Below are positions 29,863-39,938 of a stretch of DNA of 64,000 bases, one piece after another (the first letter of the stretch is position 1; every line of letters starts with the position of its first letter). Made by a program: the position numbers and the translations under genes. This stretch comes from an uncultured Thermoleophilia bacterium (GTDB lineage Bacteria > Actinomycetota > Thermoleophilia > UBA2241): assembly GCA_963715985.1 (NCBI GenBank), contig CAVQSP010000014.1, positions 544,001 through 608,000 on the forward strand, in the 5' to 3' direction. The notes under the pieces are model-generated. The model saw nothing but the letters and a program-made list of their open reading frames with translations. It was not told the origin of the DNA and did not search any database.

Positions 29863-30747
29863 ATGGGCGTGACCCAGTGGCTGCAGCTGCTGATCTCGGG
29901 CGTCGTGGCCGGCTCCATCTACGCGCTCGTGGGGCTCGGGTACGTGACCATCTACCGTACCTCCCGGGTCGTGAACTTCGCCCAGGGCTCCTTCGTCATG
30001 CTCGGCGCGCTGATCACCTACTCGCTGCTGACCGAGCGCGGTCTGCCGTTCTGGCTCGCGGGGATCCTTGCCGTGGTCGTGGTGGTGGCGATCGCGGTGG
30101 CGATGTACTTCCTGGTCATCGCCCCCATCATGAAGGTCTCGCTCGTCTCGATGATCCTCGTGACCATCGGCGTCAGCCTCTTGCTCGAGAACCTGGCTCT
30201 GGTGAAGTGGGGCGGCTATGGCCTGGGCATCCCGGCGTTCCCGGGCGACCGCACGCTGCATTTGTGGAAGCTCACCTTCGAGGTGCAGAGCATCTGGGTG
30301 ATCGGGGTCGCCTTGCTGCTCTTCCTGGGGTTGTACCTGCTGTCCAACCGCACCCGGGTGGGCAAGCAGATGACGGCCACGGCCAGCGACCCGCTCTCGG
30401 CCAGCCTCTCCGGCATCTCGACCACCCGGATGGTCGTGCTCGCGTTCGCGATCAGTGCGGCAATCGGCGCCATCGGTGGCATCTGCGTGGGCTCCATAAG
30501 CGCCATGAGCTACGCCTCGGGCGGCGTCCTCGGGCTGGCCGGCTTCATCGCCGCCATCGTCGGCGGCTGGGGCAAGAGCAGCGGGGCCATCGTCGGCGGG
30601 CTGACGGTGGGCATCGCCGAGTCCCTCGCCTCCGGCTTCCTGCCCGGCGGGTACCGAAGCGCCGTCGCCTACGTGCTGCTCATCATCATCCTGTACTTCC
30701 GGCCCTCGGGTATCCTGGGCACCGGGGCCGCGGAGGCCGACGGATGA
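29863..30747 (+). CDS. Branched-chain-type ABC permease (LivH-like)
   Basis: GSIYALVGLGYVTIYRTSRVVNFAQG; GFIAAIVGGWG; FRPSGILG. Confidence 0.9.
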   Translation: MGVTQWLQLLISGVVAGSIYALVGLGYVTIYRTSRVVNFAQGSFVMLGALITYSLLTERGLPFWLAGILAVVVVVAIAVAMYFLVIAPIMKVSLVSMILVTIGVSLLLENLALVKWGGYGLGIPAFPGDRTLHLWKLTFEVQSIWVIGVALLLFLGLYLLSNRTRVGKQMTATASDPLSASLSGISTTRMVVLAFAISAAIGAIGGICVGSISAMSYASGGVLGLAGFIAAIVGGWGKSSGAIVGGLTVGIAESLASGFLPGGYRSAVAYVLLIIILYFRPSGILGTGAAEADG

Positions 30748-33489
30748 GCGCCCGGGCGGAGCAGCCCGCCGCTCAGGCCGCGCCCCGCGGCGGCAACCGC
30801 TTCGTGTCCGCCGCGTTGTTCGCGAAGCTGGCCGTCATCGCGGTGCTGGCCGTGTGGCCATTCTTCTACAGCGATCTCTACACGCTCAGCTGGATGACCT
30901 TCGCCGGCCTGTCCCTGATGGTCGTGGTCAGCGTCTACCTCATCATCGCGCAGGCCGGTCAGCTCTCGTTCGGTCACGCCGCCTTCTACGGCGTCGGCGC
31001 CTACACGGCCGCGATCCTCTCGATGAAGTACAACGTTCCCACGCTCTTGGCGCTGCTGGCCGGCGCCGCACTTGCGGGTCTGATCGCGGTCGTCATAGGA
31101 CGCCCGGTGCTGCGCCTGCGCTACTTCTATCTGGCGCTGGCGACGATCGGCCTCGGCATCATCTTCAGTGCCCTCATCGTCGAAGCGCGCGGCGTGACCG
31201 GGGGCACTCTCGGCCTCGCGCCGGTGCCGCCCCTCGATCTCTTCGGGTTCAAGGTGGACACCTACATGCGCCAGTACTACGTCGTGTGGATCGTCGCCTT
31301 GCTCATCCTGCTGTTCACCGAGCGCGCCCTCGGCATGCGTGTCGGTCGCGCCCTGCGGGCCCTCGCGACGAGCGAGATCGCGGCGGAGACCCTCGGCGTG
31401 CGCACCGCGAACTGGAAGCTCGTGGCGTTCGTCGCCAGCGCCGTCTTCTGCGCCATCGCCGGCGCGCTGTACGCCTTCACGCTGGCGGCGATCACGCCCG
31501 GGGCGTTCGCCTTCGGCGCCGCCATCCTGCCGATCATCATGATGCTGATCGGCGGCGGCGGGTCCATCTGGGGCGGGCTGGTCGGAGCCGTGCTGATGAC
31601 GTGGCTCTCCAACTCGCTCTCCGGCACGCAGCAGTGGAGCGGGGTGATCTACGCCGCCATCATGATCCTCCTGCTCCTGTTCCTGCCGATGGGCATCACC
31701 GGGTTGTTCACGAAGCGCCGCCTGGTCAGCGTGAAGACCGCCTTCCGCCGGCAGAGCCGGGCCGAGACGCTCGAGTGCGCCACCGTGGCGGAGGCCGACG
31801 GTTCCACCGCAGCGTGCGAGACGCAGGTGGCGCTGCCGGTCTACGTGCCCGAGCACGCGAATCCCGCGCTCGACGAGGGTTCGCCGGGTACCCTGTTCGC
31901 CGACCTGCGGCGGCAGGGGTCGGGGAACGAGGGAGAAGAGCTGCTGAGGATCCGGGACGTCTCCGTCGACTTCGGCGGGCTGCGGGCGGTGAACGAGGTC
32001 TCCCTGGACGTGCGCACGGGGCAGATCGTCGCCCTCATCGGGCCGAACGGCGCCGGCAAAACGACACTGTTCAATGTGATCAGCAGGCTGCAGCGTGCCT
32101 CCGGCGGGCAGGTCTGGCTCGGCGGCGAGGAGATCACCCACATGTCGCCGGCGGCGAGCGCCCGCCTGGGGATGGCTCGTACCTTCCAGAACCTGCGCAT
32201 CTTCGAGAACATGGACGTCCTCGAGAACGTCCTCGTCGGGTGTCACCGGCACGAGAGGGCGGGGCTGATCGCGGGCGGGCTCGGCCTGCCGAAGCAGCGC
32301 CGCGAGGAGGAGGGCCTCCAGGGCCCGCGCCTTGGATGCTCTGCGACTGGTCGGCCTCGATGCCAACGCGCACCAGCCGGCAGCGAGTCTGCCCTACGGG
32401 CAGCAGCGCTTGGTGGAGATCGCCCGGGCGCTGGCGTCGGAGCCGCGCCTGCTCCTGCTGGACGAGCCGGCCGCCGGCATGAACGCGGCCGAGCGCGAGT
32501 ACCTGGTCGACCGCATCCGCCGCATCCGCGAAGCGGGCGTCACGGTGCTGCTCGTAGAGCACGACATCGAACTCGTGATGGGTCTGTGCGACTGGGTCAC
32601 CGTGCTCGACTACGGCCGGCTGATCGCCGACGGCGTGCCGGACGACGTGAAGAAGGATCCGGCCGTCATCGAGGCGTACCTCGGCGTGGGCCACGAGGGC
32701 GTGGGCGACGAGTGCGGCGACCTCAGCGCCGCGCAGGTCGCGATCGCCGCGAAGCTTCCGACACGCCGGCTGCCGAGGGCCTCCTGGAGGTCCGCGGCGC
32801 TCTCGACCCGCTACGGCGCCATCCACGCCCTTCAAGATGTGTCGCTCGACGTGTCCAAGGGCGAGATCGTCGCCGTCCTCGGAGCCAACGGCGCCGGCAA
32901 GACCACGCTGCTTCACACCATCTCGGGCGTGTTGCGCCCGAGCGCCGGATCCATCACCTACGCGGGCGCGAACATCACCAGGCTCGCCCCCTCGAAGATC
33001 GTCGGCCGCGGCGTCTGCCAGGTGCCCGAGGGACGCCGGCTCTTCCCGTCGCTCTCGGTCGAGGACAATCTGCTCCTGGGCGCCTCGGGGCGCCGCTCGC
33101 GAGACAGCGTGCCCGACGACCTCGCCTACGTCTACGACCTGTTCCCGGTGCTTGCGGATCGTCGCGCCCAGCACGCTGGGACGTTGTCCGGCGGCGAGCA
33201 GCAGATGGTCGCCATCGGCAGGGCGTTGATGGGCAAGCCCGACCTGCTGTTGTTGGACGAGCCGTCCATGGGGCTCGCTCCGCTGGCAGTGGAGCGGATC
33301 TTCGAAGCGCTCAAGGCGCTCAACGACCAAGGCCTCACCATGCTGATGGTGGAGCAGAACGCGGAGATGGCGTTTTCAGTGGCCGATCGTGCCGTCGTGC
33401 TGCAGACCGGATCGGTGGCCCTCACGGGTCTCACGACCGACTTGCGACGGGACGAGCGCGTGAGGGAGTGCTACCTGGGTCAGGCCTGA
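30744..33489 (+). CDS. Fused LivM permease + LivG ATPase + apparently LivF ATPase; frameshifts near 32310-32330 and 32750-32800
   Basis: AGQLSFGHAAFYG; GPNGAGKTT, ARTFQ, LPYGQQRLVE, EAYLG; then GANGAGKTT, VPEGR, LSGGEQQM, VEQN. Confidence 0.75.
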
Positions 33490-33535
33490 CCCGCAGCTCT
33501 TGTCAGTGAACAGGGAATCAACACAAGGGGGAGCG

Positions 33536-34788
33536 ATGAAGCAAACGCAAGTGGATGGTGGTGCGCTCGTGGCGCTGCTCGTGCATCGCCGGCCGGCCCT
33601 CGTCCTCGGCGGCTGCGGCAGTTCCGAGGGAGTCGGGTGACGGCTCGAGCGCGTCGGCGTCGCCGGCCGCCGCCGCGCACGCATGAAGGTCGGCTTCGTC
33701 AACTCCGCGACCGGCGTGAGCGCGGCGCCCAACCAGTCGATCGTCGGGCTCGACGAGGGTCGCGGTCGACCAGATCAACGGCAGCCGGCGGCATCGACGG
33801 CAAGATGGACGATCGAGCTCCTCAGCAAGGACGACGGCTCGGACGTCGCCAAGGCGTCCGCCGCGGTCACCCAGCTGATCCAGCAGGACAAGGTGGACTT
33901 CATCCTCCAGCCGTGGGTCGACTTCATCGCCCCCGTCGCGCGCGGCATCGAAGAGAAGGCCGGCATGCCCGGCGTGCTCTCCTACGCTCCTCAGAAGGGC
34001 AAGGAGACCGAGGCGTTCAAGTGGACGTTCAGCAACGCGCAGGGCGCCAAGGACAACGCCGACGCGCTGGTCAAGGTCTTCGCCGACAAGGGCTGGAAGA
34101 ACGGTGGTCGGGGCCGCCGACGTGCTCACCATCCAGCAGGAGACGCTCGACTACGTCGCGGAGATGGCCCCCGCCGCAGGCATCACGTTCACCAGGCTCA
34201 AGCGACCAGTGGCCGCTCGACCAGACGGACTTCAGCGGCGTCGCGTCCAAGGTCGTCGCTGCCTGTGACAAGGCCAAAGCGGACGCGCTCTGCCTGATGG
34301 TGACGGCGCCGCAGGCCGACGCCTTCATGAAGGCCCTCAAGGGCGCCGGGCTGGACATCCCGGTCATCAGTGGTCCTACGCTCGCGTCGGCCATCCCGCT
34401 CTTCGCCCAGGGCACGGAGAACGTCGACGGCATGAACTTCATCGCCACCGCCGTCACGGCCGGGCCTCAGCTTCCGGACAGCTACCCCGGCAAGCCGATG
34501 ATCGCCGGCATGTACGAGGCCGTCATGGCCGAGACCAACGCCCCGCCGGACACCTTCGCCGGGTGGGCCGCCGACGCCGTCAACCTGATGGCTGAGGCCG
34601 TCACGAAGGCCGGCAGCACCGACAAGGCCGCCGTCCGTGACGCCTTCGAGTCCATCACCGACTTCCAGGGCCTGTCCGGCGTCTATAGCTACTCCGCCAC
34701 CGATCACGTGGGCATCCACGGCCAGATGTGGCTGTTCCAGATCAAGAACGGCGAGTACGTCCTCCAGGGCGACGCACCCGTCAACTGA
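33536..34788 (+). CDS. Liv-type ABC substrate-binding lipoprotein; multiple frameshifts
   Basis: LGGC lipobox, KVGFVNSATG, DD.SD...LIQQDKVD, QTDFS, GSTDKAAVRDA...GLSG.YSYS..DH. Confidence 0.75.
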
Positions 34789-34797
34789 GTACCTGCC

Positions 34798-34832
34798 GGC
34801 TCCGGGAGGGCGCGATGCGCCCTCCCGGAGCC
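34798..34832. terminator. Hairpin after the SBP gene
   Basis: ggctccgggagggcgc-gat-gcgccctcccggagcc, 16-bp stem. Confidence 0.65.
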
Positions 34833-34904
34833 CCCATCGTGCCGCCGATCGACGCGCGGCACGAGGCCTGGCCGCAGGCATGACTGTCACCCAAAGGGAG
34901 CAAC

Positions 34905-35835
34905 GTGCGCGCGCTGACTATCGGGGAGCTTGAGCAGGAGTCCGGGGTCCCGAGGCACACGATCTACTACTACGTCCGCACGGGGCTGCTCCCGCCGGCG
35001 CAGAAGGCCAGCCCCAGCCGCGCCCTGTACACGGACGACCATCTGGAACTGCTGCGGGACATCGAAGCGCTCAGACGGCAGGGCCTGCGGCGGTCGGCCA
35101 TCAGATCGAGGCTCGAGCCCAGGCTGCGCGCCGCCGGCGAGAACGGCGTCGACCTTGTGGCCAGACGTGAGGAAGAGACCCGTCAGGCCATCCTGGCCGC
35201 CGCTGCACGCCGATTCGCCACCAAAGGGTACAGAGGCACGAGGATGCAGGACCTCGTAGCTGAGCTCGGCATCACACCGCAGGTCCTGTACGGGCAGTTC
35301 GCGACCAAGAGGGAGCTCTTCGTCGCCTGCTACAAGGTGGCCGTGTCCTATATGAACACGTTGCTGCGACCGCAGTTCGAGAGCGCGCAGGACCAGGCCG
35401 AGGTCCAGGTGTGGGGCATGTACGCCGACTCCGGCATCAAGGCGTTCGCGCCGAACCTCATGATGCTCGCCCTGGAGGCCGCGCAGCACGACGATGAGGC
35501 GCGGCGCGACCTGCGGGAGGCGTACGACACCATCCTGGCCAGTACGGTCGCGGACTTCCGAAGCATGCGCAGCTCGGAGACCGAACCTCCGTTCGCCGAC
35601 GAGCTCGTGACCCACGCCATCCTCGGCGCGTTCGAGCAGATGCTCGCCCGTGCCTCTCTCGACGACGAGTACACGTGGCGCGACTGCGTTCACAACGCTT
35701 TGGGCCTGTTTCTCGCGGTCAGGGCGGTCTACCAGGGCGAGATCGACCTCAGCTCGCTCACTGACACGCTATGGCGAGCTCCTCGACGAGGTAGCAGCAC
35801 TGCCTCCGCCGGTCCCGCAGGAGCTCAAGCCGTAG
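34905..35835 (+). CDS. MerR-TetR fusion regulator #2; frameshift near 35764
   Basis: LTIGELEQESGVPRHTIYYYVRTGLLP...; TRQAILAAAARRFATKGY. Confidence 0.87.
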
Positions 35836-35974
35836 AGGCGATGCGCCGGGCGGCTGCGGTCGCCTGCGGCCGCGGCAGCCGACCCACGGACCCACACTTC
35901 ACGCAGACGCACGGTGCCCCCGCGCACGCGAGGGACGCCATGAGACACAGCACCGACGACGGCAGGGAGGCCGC

Positions 35975-36627
35975 ATGTCCACCAGCTCACCGACGCCATC
36001 CTCGCCATGGATGAGCAGGGCGCGCTGAGGATCGTGAAGGAGCGTCTTGACGGGGGAGAGGCCCCCGAGGCGGTCCTCGACGACGCCCGCGCCGCGATGA
36101 CCACCCTCGGCGAGAAGTTCGCCTGCGAAGAGGCCTTCATCCCCGAGCTCATCATGGGCGGCGAGATCATGAAGGGCATCGCCGCCGAGCTCAAGCCGCG
36201 CATCACGACGCAGGACACGGCGGAGAAGCGCGGCACCGTCGTCATCGGCACGGTGCATGGCGACATCCACGACATCGGCAAGGACGTCGTCGTGATGATG
36301 CTCGAGGTCTCCGGCTACGACGTGCACGACCTCGGCGTCGACGTCCCCGTCGAGACGTTCGTCGCCGCGATCCGCGAGCACGCGGCGCAGGTCGTCGCGC
36401 TCTCCGGTCTGCTCACGCTCGCCTTCGACTCGATGAAGCACACGATCGACGGCATCGCCTCTGCCGGCCTGCGCGGCCAGGTCAAGATCATGATCGGCGG
36501 CTCGCCGGTGGACGCGCAGGTGTGCACCTACACCGGCGCCGACGGCTGGGGCCGCGACGCGGCCGCCGCCCTCGCGATGGCTGCCGAGTGGACCGCCGTC
36601 GCGGCGGGCCGTGGGGAGGAGTCGTGA
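35975..36627 (+). CDS. Corrinoid (B12-binding) protein, MtaC/OdmA-like; indel just after the start
   Basis: FIPELIMGGE cap domain; GTVHGDIHDIGK, DLGVDV, LSGLLT, IMIGG. Confidence 0.92.
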
Positions 36628-37883
36628 CCACGAACCTCGAGGGCACAGAGCTCGCCGCACGGCGTCTGAAGCTGTTCGAAGACGCGGTCGCCCTGCGCAA
36701 GCCGGACCGCGTCCCCCTGATGCCCCTGGCGCTCCAGTACTTCCACACCAGGGTGGCCGGCGTGTCGGACAAGGACGCCGGCTATGACGCGCAGCTGAAC
36801 TTCGCGTGCCTGCGCGACGCCACGGTCCGCTTCGGCTGGGACTGGGCACCTGGCATGGCGGTCCCGCCGTCCGGTTCGCTGCAGGCGCTCGGCTCCAGGC
36901 AGATCCGCTGGCCCGGCGGCGACCTGCCGGACGACGTGCAGTTCCAGTGGGTGGAGGGGGAGTACCTCAAAGCCGACGAGTACGACGCATTCCTCTCGGA
37001 CCCGACGCGCTTCACCCTGCACACGTTGTGGCCGCGCATCGCCGGCGCCTTCGGCGTGCTCGGCGAGCTGCCGCTGCCGCCCATCTGGTGGCTGAACACC
37101 ATGTACCTCCCGCTGGCCTGGGGGGCGCTGCTGGGAGCGCCCCCGATGACGGCGATGTTCGAGGCGCTGGCGGAGATGAGCCGGGACGCGGGCGCCTTCA
37201 TGGCGGCGTTCGGCCGCTTCATGGGGGAGATGGCGGCGATGGGCTATCCGGTGGCCTTCATCGCCGTCACCAAGGTGCCCTTCGACACCGTCTCCGACGA
37301 CTACCGCGGCCTGCGCGGCAGCACCACGGACCTGTACCGGCAGCCGGAGAAGCTGCAGGCTCTGATGGACATGCTGACGCCCATGGTCATCGGCCAGGCG
37401 ATCGGCGGCGCCAAAGGCAGCGGGAACCCACGGGTGTTCATCCCGCTGCACCGGGGCGCCGCCGGCTTCCTCAGTGACGAGCAGTTCGCCAAGTACTACT
37501 GGCCGGGGCTCAAGGCCGTCATCATGGCGCTGCTCGACGCCGGCCTGACGCCCTGCCCCTTCTTCGAGGGCGACTACACGCCGCGCCTCAAGTACCTCGC
37601 GGAGCTGCCCCCGGGCGTGGTGGCGGCGCACTTCGACCGCACCGACCGCAAGAAGTTCAAGGAGATCTGCGGTGACGTGCTGTGCTTCTGGGGCGACGTG
37701 CCCGGGTCGCTCATGGTCACCGGGAAGCCCGAGGAGGTCAAGGAGTACGTCAAAGGGCTGATCGACGACTTCGGCGACACCGGCGGGCTCATCATCGACG
37801 GCGCCAACTCGATCACCGAGGAGGCCAGGCCGGAGAACGTGATGGCGCTGCGCGAGGCGGTGGACGAGTACGGGATCCTCTGA
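36624..37883 (+). CDS. UroD-superfamily corrinoid methyltransferase (O-demethylase MT-I or MtaA-like)
   Basis: KPDRVP, VPFD.VSD.YRG, FIPLHRG, FLSDEQFAKYYWP, FFEGD, GDVP..L..G, ENV.A. Confidence 0.85.
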   Translation: MTTNLEGTELAARRLKLFEDAVALRKPDRVPLMPLALQYFHTRVAGVSDKDAGYDAQLNFACLRDATVRFGWDWAPGMAVPPSGSLQALGSRQIRWPGGDLPDDVQFQWVEGEYLKADEYDAFLSDPTRFTLHTLWPRIAGAFGVLGELPLPPIWWLNTMYLPLAWGALLGAPPMTAMFEALAEMSRDAGAFMAAFGRFMGEMAAMGYPVAFIAVTKVPFDTVSDDYRGLRGSTTDLYRQPEKLQALMDMLTPMVIGQAIGGAKGSGNPRVFIPLHRGAAGFLSDEQFAKYYWPGLKAVIMALLDAGLTPCPFFEGDYTPRLKYLAELPPGVVAAHFDRTDRKKFKEICGDVLCFWGDVPGSLMVTGKPEEVKEYVKGLIDDFGDTGGLIIDGANSITEEARPENVMALREAVDEYGIL

Positions 37884-37930
37884 GGAGCCGGCCCGGCGGT
37901 CCGGCCGCATCGCGCCGGTCCAACGACGAC

Positions 37931-37965
37931 AACGGGAGGGGCGCCGAGAAGGCGCCCCTCCCGTT
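37931..37965. terminator. Bidirectional hairpin between convergent methyltransferase genes
   Basis: aacgggaggggcgcc-gagaa-ggcgcccctcccgtt. Confidence 0.75.
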
Positions 37966-37994
37966 CTGCGGTCTGGACTCGGAAAGGTGCTGAG

Positions 37995-39119
37995 CTACTT
38001 TCCCTGTACCGAGTCCACCATCGCCTTGACGTTCTCGAACTTGGCGTTGGGCGGCAGCGCGCAGCCCATGGCCATGATGAAGCCGTCCGGTCCGACCTCC
38101 GTGAGCAAGCGGTCGCAGTAGGCCTTGACCTGGTCGACCGAGCCGAGCGTCAGGAGCGCGGGCGGCACATCGCCCATCAGGCACATGTGCCCGCGCAGGA
38201 TCTCCTTGGCGCGGAAGATGTCGGTAGCCCCGTCGGTCGCGAGGACGCAGGTGCGCGCGGGCAGCTCAAGCAGGCGCTCGATCTCGCGGTCCCAGCAGGC
38301 GTCGTAGTGCAGCATCGGGATGCCGCCCTCCTCCGCCACGATCTCCACGAGCTCCTTCATATACGGCCACACGAAGCGGTCCCAGAGCTTGGGGGAGAGG
38401 AACTGCGGCGCGGTGCGCCAGCTGCCGACCCAGTAGCCGAAGGGCCCGATGGCGCGGATCATCTGGCGGGTCTGCTCGCGCTTCTCGGCCATGATGGCCT
38501 GCATCGCCGCCTCGACCTTGTCGGGCCTGGTGAACAGGTCCACGGTGAATTCCTTGATGCTCCGCCCGCCGCAGAGGTGTTCGTAGGGGTGGTCGACGGT
38601 CATGGCGCTGAACACCACGTAGCCGCGTCCCATGAACTCGCCGACCCAGCGCGGCGCCTTCTCCTGCATCGCCGCGCCGGCCGCTGCCGCATCGCCCAGG
38701 TACTGGCCGAGGTACTGGCCGAACCAGGGCCCCCAGCCCATCTCGACGATCCGGTCGTAGTCCTCCGGCTGGATGCGCACCTGCTCGTCCAGCTGCCACA
38801 GGGCGTCATCGGGGAGGTCGCGACCGGGGAGCTTCATCGGCGCGAGCCAGAGCATGCCGAGGATGGCCGGGGCGTAGGAGGCCCACTGCACGGAGTCGAC
38901 GTCGCCGAGCTTCTCCGTGGCGGCGAGCATCGTCTGGCCGGCGACGTCCAGGTCGGCGACGAACTCCGAGTACTTCACGCCCATGGTGTTGCAGGCGAAC
39001 GTGTCGAGCACCAGCGAGAGCGGCACGCGGTCGGGAGTGCCGCAGTGGATCGCTGTCTGGATGCGGCCCATCCGCTCGAGGAAGAGCGGGTTCGGAGGCG
39101 GTCCTTGCATCTCGGCCAT
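37995..39119 (-). CDS. UroD-superfamily corrinoid methyltransferase #2
   Basis: TPDRVP, FLSPKLWDRFVWP, LHYD, TDIFRAKEIL.GHMCLMGDVP, GC.LP.NAKFENV. Confidence 0.87.
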   Translation of the reverse strand: MAEMQGPPPNPLFLERMGRIQTAIHCGTPDRVPLSLVLDTFACNTMGVKYSEFVADLDVAGQTMLAATEKLGDVDSVQWASYAPAILGMLWLAPMKLPGRDLPDDALWQLDEQVRIQPEDYDRIVEMGWGPWFGQYLGQYLGDAAAAGAAMQEKAPRWVGEFMGRGYVVFSAMTVDHPYEHLCGGRSIKEFTVDLFTRPDKVEAAMQAIMAEKREQTRQMIRAIGPFGYWVGSWRTAPQFLSPKLWDRFVWPYMKELVEIVAEEGGIPMLHYDACWDREIERLLELPARTCVLATDGATDIFRAKEILRGHMCLMGDVPPALLTLGSVDQVKAYCDRLLTEVGPDGFIMAMGCALPPNAKFENVKAMVDSVQGK

Positions 39120-39120
39120 G

Positions 39121-39754
39121 TCAGCTCACTCCCAGCACGTTCTTGGCGACGACGACGCCGTCCTGAGCGGTCCCGCAGTAGTGGTCTGCGCCGACGTACT
39201 CGGGCGGCCTCTTCGGTCATGGGGCCGCCGCCGACGAGGATCGTCACCTTGTCGCGAAGACCGGCGCGCTCGATCGTCGCGATCGACTCCCTCATCGAGT
39301 CGAAGACGGTGGTGAGGAGCGCGGACATGCCGACCAGCGTGGCGCCGCTCTCGTTGATGGCGTCGACCCACGCTTGAGGGTCGACGTCCACGCCGAGATC
39401 GACGACGCGGATGCCGTTGGACGACAGCACCGTGCCGGCGATGTTCTTGCCGAACTCGTGGATGTCGTTCTTGACCGTGCCGAGCACGATGGTGCCGACG
39501 GCGTTCTGCGAGGCGCTCGCGAGCGCTTCCTGCAGCGGGGCGCCGGCCTGCTTGAAGATCTCGCCGGCGAAGATGAGCTCCGAGAGGTAGTACTCGCCGG
39601 CCTCGAAGCGGTCGCCGACGGCGCCCATCCCGGCCTGGAGCTCGTCCAGGACGGCCAGCGGTGCTTCGCCGGCGGCCAGCTTCTCCTTGACCAGGTCGGC
39701 GGCCTCACCCGCCTGCAGGTCGCTCACCGCCTGGGCGAGAGCTGAGAGTGTCAT
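39121..39754 (-). CDS. Corrinoid protein #2; frameshift near 39200
   Basis: GMGAVGDRFEAGEYYLSEL; GTVKNDIHEFGKN, DLGVDV, MSALLT, VGGGP. Confidence 0.9.
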
Positions 39755-39938
39755 GGAACCTCCTTGATCGGTCACCCGGCTCTTGGTGGTAGTAGATGAA
39801 ATGTGAAATAGAATGCTACCATGTACACCGCTACCAGCTTGAAGGTCAACACGTGTTGTCGCGAGGAAGACGCGGCGGAGAATGGCCTCGTGACATCGTC
39901 ACGAGCGGTCTCGACGGTGACGGAGCCGGGGGAGAGGC

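Noticed and set aside
35836-35974. Cobalamin riboswitch upstream of the corrinoid gene
   Set aside because: No B12-box or other conserved riboswitch elements visible.
36624-39119. hemE (uroporphyrinogen decarboxylase)
   Set aside because: No MRQAGR motif, and each gene is coupled to a corrinoid protein, typical of methyltransferases.
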